The position numbers and the translations under genes are program-made. This document shows, one piece after another, positions 11,181 to 20,544 of a DNA stretch of 64,000 nt. The first letter of the stretch is position 1. Each line of letters begins with the position of its first letter. Source of the DNA: Ostreococcus lucimarinus (lineage: Eukaryota); NCBI GenBank assembly GCA_000092065.1, contig CP000583.1; one strand, 5' to 3'. A model generated the notes under the pieces. That model was not told where the DNA came from. It saw only the letters and a list, made by a program, of their open reading frames with translations, and made no database searches.

Positions 11181-12568
11181 ATGGCTCGCGCGTCCGCGCA
11201 ACGCGCGCTCGCCCTGCTCGACGCAGAACGCGACGAAGACCCTCTCGCGTACATCGCGCGCGGTAACGCACGCGTCGTGCGCGAAAACTTTCTCGATCTC
11301 ATCACGGTGCGCACGCACGATTCCAATCCAAGTTGGTTACCTTTTACTGACGTAAAGCGCAGCGGTTTCCCTCGCTCACGGTGCGAGACGACGATTATTA
11401 TCACAACGATGGCTCGCGCGAGCGATTGCTGTGCGCGGAAGGGACGATACCGATCGAATACAACGGTGCGAGGTATAACATTCCGGTGAAGATGTACGCG
11501 CCCAGCGACTATCCGACGACGCCGCCGACGTGTTTCGTGACGCCGACGAGAGATATGGTAGTAAAACCGAATCACGGGTGCGTGGAATCAGATGGAATGG
11601 TGGTGATCGAACGCGTGTTTCGATGGGATCGTCGGCGGAAGATGAGCGATGTGGCGCGGGCGCTGAGCGACGTGTTTAGCGCGGAGCCGCCGCTGTTTTC
11701 GAAACCGGCGCGCGGGGTAGGGAACGCGGGAGAGGCGACGCAGCGCACGGCGACGGCGTCGACGGCGGAGACGAGACCAGAACGAGTCCCGTTTAGCGTG
11801 TCTGTCGAACGACGACCGAGTTTGAACGAGCGTTTCGCGCAAGGGCAGCGAGCAACGACGAGTCCGCGCGCCGACGACGCGACGGCGGCGCAGGCGTGGT
11901 TTCGTCAAACAGCGATACAGTCTTTGACGGATCGCTTGAAGTCTGGCACCGAACATCATTTAGATGCAAACGCACAGCTCATCGAAACGCTCTTGGCGCA
12001 TCAAACCGAGCTTTACGCGAGAAAGATTAATCTAGAACAGGAAAAGGGCGTGTTGCGATCGATGTGCGATCAGTTTGAACGCGACGCGCAGGAGCTCAGA
12101 GGGGCGACGGCGACCATGGAACGGTGGCTTGAAGCGCACCCAGACACAGGAGAAGTGTCGTTCGATCCCGAAACCGCGATCGAAGCCGCCGACGCGATGA
12201 GTCGTCAGCTCTTAAACGCGCACGCCAAGGATGCAGCCATCGAAGACGCGCTCGACGCGTTGGACGAACTCCTCAACGACGGCAAAGTCCAACTCGAAGA
12301 CTACATGCGTCAGGTGAACAAACTGTGCAAAGAACAATTCATCGCTCGCGCTGAGATACTCGTCGTGTCGAGGATGCAGCAAGAGCGCGGTGTGACGAAT
12401 GGCTTGGCGCCGCGCGACGACGGCGCCGAATCGCCGCGAGACGTCGATTTCGATTTTCTTCGCCCGCGACCGCCGCAATCATCGCCGCCACCGCGCGAGA
12501 CGCGCAAACCACCGCCATCGTGGAATTCAAATTCAAATTCGAATCCGACCGGGTGGTGGGATTGTTAG
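11181..12568 (+). CDS. TSG101: ESCRT-I subunit TSG101/Vps23 (UEV domain, coiled coil, C-terminal steadiness-box region); exons 11181..11306 and 11363..12568 with a 56-nt intron
   Basis: UEV core NDGSRERLLCAEGTIPIEYNGARYNIPVKMYAPSDYPTTPPTCFVTPT matches TSG101 [48 protein letters not shown]. Exon 1 ..ENFLDLIT joins RFPSLTVRDDDYYHNDGS in frame. The intron is GTGCGC...tactgac...GCGCAG with a branch-point-like TACTGAC. Confidence 0.8.
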
Positions 12569-12637
12569 ATTGTTAGATTGTAGAAACTTACGAGTCGCGC
12601 GACTCGTAACCGCCGCTCGAGCGCCACACCGCGCCTG

Positions 12638-13405
12638 ATGGACAGCGGCTCGTTCACGCACGCCGCGCCCTCGCACGTGGACACGAGCACGGAGTGGGAC
12701 GACGCGCAGGCGCGGTTAGGGAACGTCAAACCCAAGCCCAAGCCCGCGAAACCGGAAAAGTTTACCGCATCGTTCGACGACGCTGGCGCTTTGGCGTCGC
12801 GACGAAACGACGCCGTCGACGCGTCGACGAGCGATGGCGATGACTTTGACGACGACGACGACGACGCGTACGTTCGCGAGTACCGCGCGCGGCGAATGAA
12901 GGAACTCACCGCGGAGGCGACGGCGAAGGCGCACGGCGAAGTGCGCGAGGCGACGCGAGCGACCTTCGTCGCCGAGGTGACGCGACCGAGCGCCGACGCG
13001 TACGTCGTCGTCCTCATGACGCGAGCGGGATGTCGCGATTGCGAGAAAATGGAGCGCGCGTTTGAAATTTTGGCCGCCAAGTTTCCGCGCACGAAATTCG
13101 TGAAAATCGCGCACCGCGAGTGCGTTCCGAATTATCCCGACCGTCTCGCGCCGACGGTTTTGGTGTATCGCGACGAGGACGTGGCGAGGACGTACGCCAC
13201 GCTCGCCCCGTTCGGGGGCGAGCACATGACTCCCGAGGGCGTGGAGCTCGCGCTGAGAGAGACGAGCGCGGACGTGTGTCCGAGCGCGTCGGACGAGAGC
13301 GAGGCGGACGTCGCGCGTCGTCGCGCGGCGTACGTCGCCGGCGTGCTCGAGCGCGCCGTCGACGCGGCGAGACGCGAGGCGAGCGCGGACGCCGTCGACG
13401 ATTAG
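12638..13405 (+). CDS. Phosducin-like protein (PhLP3/PDCL3-type, thioredoxin fold)
   Basis: Has TEWDDAQARLG, an acidic D-rich stretch and the thioredoxin-like core VVVLMTRAGCRDCEKMERAFEILAAKFPRTKFVKI...TVLVYRDEDV. A clean ATG is at 12638. Confidence 0.7.
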   Translation: MDSGSFTHAAPSHVDTSTEWDDAQARLGNVKPKPKPAKPEKFTASFDDAGALASRRNDAVDASTSDGDDFDDDDDDAYVREYRARRMKELTAEATAKAHGEVREATRATFVAEVTRPSADAYVVVLMTRAGCRDCEKMERAFEILAAKFPRTKFVKIAHRECVPNYPDRLAPTVLVYRDEDVARTYATLAPFGGEHMTPEGVELALRETSADVCPSASDESEADVARRRAAYVAGVLERAVDAARREASADAVDD

Positions 13406-13543
13406 CGAGCGCGTCGACCGTCGGCATCTTGTACGTATACGTAGCAGCACGCATCGACGCGTCGCTTCGTCGCGCTCGTCGTCTCGCGTCGCCGTCGCCG
13501 CGCGACCGACCGCACACCGCGCCCCGCCGCGCGCTCGGGGACG

Positions 13544-14050
13544 ATGCGGCGCGTCTCGCCTCCTCCGACGCGCGTCGTCGCCCGCGCCCGCGCCCGCGTC
13601 CCGCCCTCGCCGAACGCGGCGCTCGTCGAGCGCGTCTGCGTCGCCGCGCTCGCGTCCTTCGTCGTCGCCTCGTCGTGCGCGCTCGACGCCGACGCGGCGA
13701 GCGCGACGCGGTTCGCGGGCGACTACGCCGATCCCAACCATCCGGGGTGTCCGCGCGCGATCGACGCGCGAGGAAACGTCTCGGGCCTCGACCCCGTGCC
13801 GTTCGCGCGCGGTCGAGGATGTCGAGGCGTGAAGAAGACGGACGCGAACAGGGCGGCGTCCAAGTTCAAGGCGTGGACGATCAAGGGCAAAATAAACAAG
13901 GCGGACGACGAGATCACGATCGATTTCGATCAAAAAGACGGCTCGGGCGAGCGGGTCGTGGGGAAGTTGACGCCCAAGGGCGACGTCGCGCTGCCGGACG
14001 GAACGATTTGGAGACGAAAGAGCGACGCCGACGCGTGGACGCCGCGATAG
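13544..14050 (+). CDS. Hypothetical small secreted protein (signal-peptide-like N-terminus)
   Basis: ATG at 13544. Hydrophobic VCVAALASFVVASSCALDA is followed by a non-repetitive 120-aa domain. The surrounding antisense ORFs are Arg-rich junk. Confidence 0.4.
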   Translation: MRRVSPPPTRVVARARARVPPSPNAALVERVCVAALASFVVASSCALDADAASATRFAGDYADPNHPGCPRAIDARGNVSGLDPVPFARGRGCRGVKKTDANRAASKFKAWTIKGKINKADDEITIDFDQKDGSGERVVGKLTPKGDVALPDGTIWRRKSDADAWTPR

Positions 14051-14257
14051 GCGCGCGCGTCTCGATCTGTGACCGATTTGTGACCGATTTGTGAAGCGTT
14101 TCGTTTCTTTTCGTTTCGCGCGTCGTTCGCTTTCGTCTTCGCTCGATCGCTCCTTCGTCGTCGTCGCCTTCGTCGTCGTCGCGTCCGGTCCGAGTCCAAT
14201 CCGGATTCGTAACCGACCGAGACGACGACGCTCGTGGACCGCACTCTCGCGCGCGCG

Positions 14258-17200
14258 ATGTTCACGTCCGCGCGCGAGGTCCTGGCGAAACAGACGGAAA
14301 CCGACGCGTCGTCGCGCGGCGACGACTCGACGCGCGCGCGCGACGCGAACGCGCCGAAACCGTCGTTCGACGTCGACGCCCAAGATGCCAAAAACATCGC
14401 GCGCGCCGAAGCGAAAGCCGAACGCATCGCGCGCGCCGAGGCGAAGCGCAAGCGAAGAGACGACGAACCGAAGCAAACGTCTTTAATCGACGCGTGGCGA
14501 CGCGGTGGGGCGCGAGCGTCGACGTCGGACGTCGGCGTCGGCGGCGATGTCATCCGACGGTTGTTGAGCTGCGCGCCGACGAGTTTCTACGCCGACGCGC
14601 GATTGGTGTGCAAGGCGTGGCGAGACGCCGTGGACGATCCGAAGTTCATGCCGTGCGTGAAACTCAATCGAGCGCTCGCGTTGGGTGGCGCGCGCGCGGA
14701 TGCGGCGGAGGCGTACTTGAATGAGGTCACGGGACGCGAGCCGGGAGACGCGGGCGTCGGGCCGTTGGCGAGACACGCGGCGACGACGAAGACGCTGTTC
14801 AAATCGCGATTGGACGTCGAGACGTTTTGTCGATTCGTGGAGGAGGATGAACACTTATCGGGGGCGAGAGATATACGTGGGGAAGTGCAACCGGGGTACG
14901 ACGAACCCGATGATTTGACGAAGATTGATGATTTTTGGCAGTCGCTCGGTACGGCGGCGTCGCGTTCGTTTCTAGGCACCGTCGGCGACGTCGCGGCGAC
15001 GATTCGGGTGATCGCGAAATTTGCGTGCGTTCAAGAGCCGATCACGCGCGGCGGCGAGCGCGAGGCGGACAACACGCGAGCGAACGGCTGGGCGGTGTTG
15101 GTTATCGCGATGACGCACGTCGCCGAAAACGAATGGATCGCTTCTCGGTTGCTTCGAGCGGCTCGACGCGCACTTCGAAGCGACGCGAGCGCGGAATTCG
15201 TTGAAGAAGACTTGACCGAGTTTGTCAATTTGCTCATCGCGTACGTGCGCTTGGAATCGAGATCATACGCAGACGCATCCGAGCCGGCGAAAGTCCACGC
15301 ATGCCGACGTATGAAGGCGCGATTATCGGCCGCGTACGATTACGCCAATCTTCACGACGAACGGGAACAAAACTCAAGCGACGCAGATTTGAAAAATGTC
15401 GTGGGGAATTCGAGCGCCGCAACGCGTCCGACGGATACGATGCGAAAAACATCGAGATTGACACACGAACAGGAAGCCATCGTCTCGACGAGTTTGCGAC
15501 CACCGCAATGGATGGTCGTGCACGCGTTCGCGGGATCGGGCAAGACGACGACTTTGGTCGAGTACGCGAAGAGAAATCCTTCGAAACGATTTCTTTATCT
15601 CGCGTTCAATCGTGCCATCACGGAAGAAGCCAAGACAAAGTTTCCAGCGAATACGGACGCGAAGACGTTTCACGGATTAGCGTACGGGCTCGCCACGTGG
15701 TACAAGGCGGGAGGTAAAAAACTACACTTCGGCGACAAGCTTCGATCGTCCGAAGTCTGCAAAGCGCTCGGAAAATCAATCAGCGATCGGGCTGTGGGCA
15801 AAGGTTTGGTGACGCTCCAAAACTTTCTAGTTTCTGCCGATGAAAATATTTCAAAGGAGCACGTGCCCACGGAAGGTGTTAAACCTGCGTCTGTGGACGA
15901 AATCATTCAAGTTGCCGAGACGTTGTGGCGTATGATGAAGGACCGATCGAGCAACGATGTGCCGTTGACGCACGCCGGCTACATGAAGCTCTACCAACTG
16001 CAACGTCCGCGTCTGGATATCGACATGAGTAGAAATAAAAACAAGACGGGATATGACGTCATTTTGCTGGACGAAGCGCAAGATATCGCACCTGTGATGT
16101 TTGATATCGTTCTTCGGCAAACGAAATGCGCAAAGATTCTCGTCGGAGACGTACATCAACAAATTTACAACTTCACCGGAGCTATGAATGTGATGGATAA
16201 AATCGATGATCTCGTGGCTAGCCATCAAGTGACGCACAGGCGGCTTGTGAGAAGTTTTCGTTTCGGTGTGGAAATCGCCAATGTCGCAAACGCTATCTTG
16301 AACATAAAGCGCGAGAGCGCATTCCTTGTCGGCGCGCGATTGAGCGAGCTGGATCAAACGTGCGTGTTCTCAACGGAAAACGTTGCGTCTAGCGACCCGA
16401 GATTGAAGACAGTACGAGGTCCGCCGCCCTTATCTACTGTGATCGTAGGAGACGGGCGACGCGAGCAACTGGCGGTTCTGGTTCGATCGAATTACAATCT
16501 CATTTCGGCTTTGATGTATCTCGAATCCTCGCGTTCGAAAGTGCACGTCATCGGTGGCGTCGACGCGCTCAAGCTCGACCAAGTGTGTGATTTCGTGCGT
16601 TTGATACTCGACGAAGATCTAGGATCCATCAGCGACCGATACATCAAAATGTTCGTCACGTACGGCGGCGGCGATCTGGCTAGGTTTGATCAACGGCAAG
16701 ACCAAGAGAGTTTTGTTGAGCGCAACGCGCTGACGAGGATATATGAAATCGCTGAGAACCAAGACGACGCGGACACTCTCAATCGAATACGCATCGCGCA
16801 AAGTTACCGCGAGAAGATGTTCAAACTCGTCAAGCGATTGAAAGATAGCTCATTCCTTTCGAACGAGCCCAACGCAAACTTCATCGTCGCCACGGCGCAC
16901 AAGTCCAAGGGGTTGGAGTTTGATAACGTGATGATATGGGACGATTTTGAAGACGTCGATCGGGTCTGGCGCAGAGGGGACAAGTACGTATCGATCAGTA
17001 CAGATCCGGTTTTCGGCGACGCAGACACCTTGGTCCCCGTCGATGAAATCAATTTGACGTACGTGGCCGTGACGCGGGCGAAGAAACGCGTTTTCTTGAA
17101 CAAAAGCATCGCCACCCTCTTGGCGTTCCCGTCGCATGGAAACGTCCCGATGTACGACGAAATCGCGAACGGTTTCGCGCTCTTTCCAGAGAGATTTCCA

Positions 17201-17893
17201 CTTCGGCAACATCGCGCCGCAGATAGAGGCCTCTCTCCGTACGTGCTTCGACGCGTCGAGTTTCATCCGAACGACCTCCAGGCGACGCATGAAAGCGTCC
17301 TGAATGCGCTGAGCTGGAATCCCTTGTTTAACGGGTTCCATGCGTCGATGGGCACCGTGCAAGTGCCCGGCGAGGGCGCGAGGCCAGTTCGCATAGAAAG
17401 GCCAGTCGATGGGAACGTGTGTCAGTGTTGTATCCATCGCGTTGGCGATCTTGAAGACATGCCATTATTGTTGGGCACCTTCGTCTGGCAAGTCGACCTC
17501 AAGAGTGGTCTCGTGTGCGTTTCCGACCGCGGCGTCGAGCAACGAGTCTGTACCGCCGATTCCGGCGTGCGCTTCGCGACCGCCGACGGCGACGCCAAAG
17601 ACGCGCCGCGGTTCCGACGCCCCGTCGACGATTACGGCGATGCAAACCACCACGATCCCGCGCATCCGAGAATTTACGCGCTCCAAAATCCTCCGTATCT
17701 CTTCCGCACGCGACGCTGCGCCGGATGCGTGGATCCCGCGCGAGCGCGCGAGAAGCTGCGCGCGTTAGAGTTCGACGCGTACGAACGCGACGAGTTCTCT
17801 CGCCTGCCGCTGTTTCACACCATGCGGTACGAGAATCAACTCCGGCACGACGTCGCGATCAGCCGTAGAGAAAAGTTCATCACAGTGAAATGA
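14258..17893 (+). CDS. FBH1: F-box DNA helicase, FBH1/FBXO18-like (F-box plus UvrD/PcrA-family SF1 helicase), with an additional about 300-aa C-terminal domain of unknown function
   Basis: F-box-like VIRRLLSCAPTSFYADARLVCKAWRDAV. Helicase motif I MVVHAFAGSGKTTTLVEYA, motif II ILLDEAQDIAPVMFDIV, and the UvrD-like C-terminal half (IVATAHKSKGLEFDNVMIW...YVAVTRAKKRVF). First ATG is at 14258. The track start 14234 is GTG. Confidence 0.75.
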   Translation: MFTSAREVLAKQTETDASSRGDDSTRARDANAPKPSFDVDAQDAKNIARAEAKAERIARAEAKRKRRDDEPKQTSLIDAWRRGGARASTSDVGVGGDVIRRLLSCAPTSFYADARLVCKAWRDAVDDPKFMPCVKLNRALALGGARADAAEAYLNEVTGREPGDAGVGPLARHAATTKTLFKSRLDVETFCRFVEEDEHLSGARDIRGEVQPGYDEPDDLTKIDDFWQSLGTAASRSFLGTVGDVAATIRVIAKFACVQEPITRGGEREADNTRANGWAVLVIAMTHVAENEWIASRLLRAARRALRSDASAEFVEEDLTEFVNLLIAYVRLESRSYADASEPAKVHACRRMKARLSAAYDYANLHDEREQNSSDADLKNVVGNSSAATRPTDTMRKTSRLTHEQEAIVSTSLRPPQWMVVHAFAGSGKTTTLVEYAKRNPSKRFLYLAFNRAITEEAKTKFPANTDAKTFHGLAYGLATWYKAGGKKLHFGDKLRSSEVCKALGKSISDRAVGKGLVTLQNFLVSADENISKEHVPTEGVKPASVDEIIQVAETLWRMMKDRSSNDVPLTHAGYMKLYQLQRPRLDIDMSRNKNKTGYDVILLDEAQDIAPVMFDIVLRQTKCAKILVGDVHQQIYNFTGAMNVMDKIDDLVASHQVTHRRLVRSFRFGVEIANVANAILNIKRESAFLVGARLSELDQTCVFSTENVASSDPRLKTVRGPPPLSTVIVGDGRREQLAVLVRSNYNLISALMYLESSRSKVHVIGGVDALKLDQVCDFVRLILDEDLGSISDRYIKMFVTYGGGDLARFDQRQDQESFVERNALTRIYEIAENQDDADTLNRIRIAQSYREKMFKLVKRLKDSSFLSNEPNANFIVATAHKSKGLEFDNVMIWDDFEDVDRVWRRGDKYVSISTDPVFGDADTLVPVDEINLTYVAVTRAKKRVFLNKSIATLLAFPSHGNVPMYDEIANGFALFPERFPLRQHRAADRGLSPYVLRRVEFHPNDLQATHESVLNALSWNPLFNGFHASMGTVQVPGEGARPVRIERPVDGNVCQCCIHRVGDLEDMPLLLGTFVWQVDLKSGLVCVSDRGVEQRVCTADSGVRFATADGDAKDAPRFRRPVDDYGDANHHDPAHPRIYALQNPPYLFRTRRCAGCVDPARAREKLRALEFDAYERDEFSRLPLFHTMRYENQLRHDVAISRREKFITVK

Positions 17894-17973
17894 AACGCAG
17901 AAGAGTCGCCGCCGCGCCGTCGCGACAGCCACGCCCGCCGTGCAAACCGCGCCACATCTCGGCGCGTCGCGCG

Positions 17974-19470
17974 ATGCCCGCCGCCCGATCGAACGCCCGC
18001 GGCGCGTCCGCGACGACGACGAATACCGTCGACGACGCCGTGACGCGCGCGTTCGGCGCGAGCGGCGCCGCGCGATCGAACGCCGCGCGCGCGAAGCGAA
18101 AGAATTTCGCATCGGGAACCGCGGGCGCGTCGCGGACGGTCGCGGCGGAGCGCGAACGCGCGATCCCGAAGGGCGAGGCGTGCGACGCGCTGCCGATGGA
18201 CTGGACGATCAAGTCGAGCGTGCGGTTGAGCTCGCGGGCGAGGTCGTTCCGATGGGGGACGTGCGCGGGGGCGAACGCGACGTCGGAGGGACTGCGGGCG
18301 TACTCGGGCGGCGACGCGTCCTCGTTGAGCATCGACGGTGGAGAAAGCGGCGACGGCGGCGACGACGACGAGGCGAGGTTGGAGAAGAAACAGAAATTGC
18401 TGACGCGGGCGATGTATTCGTGCGCGTATCCGGAGCTCGGGCTTTCGGATGAACAGCTGGCGTCGATGCGGGCGACGCCGAGCGGAAACGAGTGGGTGCG
18501 GAAACGCGAGTCCATGTGGGTGGATGCCTTGGTGAGTCTGTACGGGTTGCTCAAAGTGAGGCAATGCTATGCGTTTTACGTCGTCTATCGCGAGCGGAGC
18601 ATCTTGTTCTGCGCGCCGGGCGTGGGAGGGGTGACGGATGGCGGATACGCCGTGGTGACGAATAGCAACGCGAAGATTCGAGCGGCATTGAAGGACGCGG
18701 CGGTAGATTTCACGAGCGCGGACGAAGAGGCGCTGGCGATCGGCAAAGCGAAAACTGTGTGGGCACAGAAATGGCGACCCGAGGACGAGACGCAAGGGTT
18801 GCTAGACAACCTGGCCGGCGACGACGCGAGCCGAGCGGAAATCACGGCGCATTTGGCCAAGATGGATAACCCAAGCAACGCTCGTCGCCGAGCCGCGGAT
18901 ACGATCATATGCCGCGGCGCGATCGCGGTGAATGGACTGTTGAACGTTCTAGTCGAAGCCTCCGGGGGTGATCCCGGAAGTTCCGACGGCGCGCAGCACG
19001 ACGTACCGATATTGTTGGCACCCGTACCGTTCGCGCACAGCTCGATGAAACCTTTGGAGCTCAAGGCACAAACGAACACGATGTTGTCTCGCAAAGACGG
19101 CAAGAATGCAAACGCACTGTACCAATCATCCAACGCGACGTCGATGCAAACGGTGTACACGGCGGAGACGGATCGCGACGAACTCATTCCGCCGTGGACG
19201 CTCGCGCGCGTTTGCGCGGCGTTGGCGCTCAACCATGAAGACATATCTGCCACGTGCATGACCCACAAGCCTACGCACGGCTTGAACGTTGGCGTCTTAG
19301 CGGCGCGCGATATGTCGGATTCCAACACCAAGCATCGCGAAGCCGTCTTGGTTCGCGAGTGCGCGTATTACGACGAAGCCGAGACGTCGCGCATCATGGC
19401 GCCGCCGCCGCTCGGTTCGTCCGTGCTCTCGCGCATCGAGTACGTCAACGGGACGTATTATATCCCTTAG
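17974..19470 (+). CDS. Hypothetical conserved protein, unknown function (start uncertain; the ORF is open from 17890)
   Basis: 526-aa ORF with non-repetitive segments (WVDALVSLYGLLKVRQCYAFYVVYRERSILFCAPGVGG...). The first in-frame ATG at 17890 overlaps the FBH1 stop (ATGA), so a downstream ATG at 17974 was chosen. Confidence 0.4.
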   Translation: MPAARSNARGASATTTNTVDDAVTRAFGASGAARSNAARAKRKNFASGTAGASRTVAAERERAIPKGEACDALPMDWTIKSSVRLSSRARSFRWGTCAGANATSEGLRAYSGGDASSLSIDGGESGDGGDDDEARLEKKQKLLTRAMYSCAYPELGLSDEQLASMRATPSGNEWVRKRESMWVDALVSLYGLLKVRQCYAFYVVYRERSILFCAPGVGGVTDGGYAVVTNSNAKIRAALKDAAVDFTSADEEALAIGKAKTVWAQKWRPEDETQGLLDNLAGDDASRAEITAHLAKMDNPSNARRRAADTIICRGAIAVNGLLNVLVEASGGDPGSSDGAQHDVPILLAPVPFAHSSMKPLELKAQTNTMLSRKDGKNANALYQSSNATSMQTVYTAETDRDELIPPWTLARVCAALALNHEDISATCMTHKPTHGLNVGVLAARDMSDSNTKHREAVLVRECAYYDEAETSRIMAPPPLGSSVLSRIEYVNGTYYIP

Positions 19471-19595
19471 TGAAAAAGTAGTGGATCAGAGAAGCGATGT
19501 AACGGCCGCACGCGCGAATGTCGCTAAAGTCTTTCGTCTGAACGTTGAGAAAACTCGGGCTATTTCGCGCTACGAGACGAACCGACCACCCGTCG

Positions 19596-20078
19596 TCACA
19601 TCATCATCTCCGCGTCCTCATCCGCGCGCACCAAATCCTCTCCCTCCTCCTCATCCGCGCCCCCCGCGTTCGCGCACACGCTCGCTCGCTCGCGCGTCAA
19701 CCTCTTAATCTCCTCTGTCAATTTTTTCCGCTCGAGAGACTTTCCAAAATTTTTCTTCCCAATCTTCCCTCGCTTACTCATCAACTCCGCGATCCGCTCT
19801 CGAAGTTCGCGCTTCCGCGCCGTGATCGCGCTCTGTTTCATCCGTCCCGCGCCTCCGCCGCCGCCGCCGCCGTCGCCGCCTCGCGTCGCGCGCCCGTCGT
19901 CGCCGTCGTCCTCGTCCTCGCCGCCGCCCCCCCCCGTCGTCGCGAGCGCGCCGTCGATCGCCATCGCCGTCGCCGCATCGCTCGCCGCGCGCGCCGCGCG
20001 TCGTTTTTTCTTATCCTTCGCCCGCTTCCGCTTCGTCTTCAGCTGCTTCAGCTCCGCCTTCGACCGCGCCGCCTTCAT
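19596..20078 (-). CDS. Hypothetical small Lys/Arg-rich coiled-coil protein
   Basis: Encodes MKAARSKAELKQLKTKRKRAKDKKKRR...MKQSAITARKRELRERIAELMSKRGKIGKK...acidic tail. The longer ORF to 20771 overlaps the FBPase 5' region and is low-complexity (IDAR repeats). Confidence 0.4.
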   Translation of the reverse strand: MKAARSKAELKQLKTKRKRAKDKKKRRAARAASDAATAMAIDGALATTGGGGGEDEDDGDDGRATRGGDGGGGGGGAGRMKQSAITARKRELRERIAELMSKRGKIGKKNFGKSLERKKLTEEIKRLTRERASVCANAGGADEEEGEDLVRADEDAEMMM

Positions 20079-20544
20079 CGCGTCGCCGTCTCGCGCGGCG
20101 TCGCGCGCGCGGTCGCGGTCGATCGACGCGTCGATCGCTCGATCGCGCGTCGAACCTCGCGTCGAGGTCGATCTCGCGTCGATCGAACCTCGCGCGTCGA
20201 TCGGCGTTCGCGCGCGATCGCGGGTCGCCGCGATCGCGCCGATCGCGCGTCGCCGATGGATAACGCGCGCGCGATCGCGACGCGCGTCCGCACTCCACGC
20301 ACACGGTGCGCGCGATCGGCGACGCGCGATGACGCGCGATGACGCCGATGACGCGCCGCGCGCGACGCGCGGGCGAGCGCGGGCCCGGGCGAGGGACGGG
20401 CGCGCCGCGCGACGCGATGGATGGGGCGATAACGCCGGCCGATGGATGGGACGGCGCGTCTCGAGACGGAGGACGGTGACGCGAACGAACGGTGACTGAC
20501 GAACGCGCGCGCGCGAACGCGATGATAGGTAAAGAACGCACACG

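Noticed and set aside
10448-11575. 375-aa minus ORF overlapping the sorting-nexin and TSG101 genes
   Set aside because: Ser/Arg/Ala low-complexity and antisense to two conserved genes.
12716-14476. 586-aa minus ORF and 324-aa plus ORF (13120..14094) across the PhLP/FBH1 intergenic region
   Set aside because: Extreme Arg/Gly/Asp low-complexity (RRRRR runs). They overlap a well-supported gene on the other strand. A GC-driven artefact.
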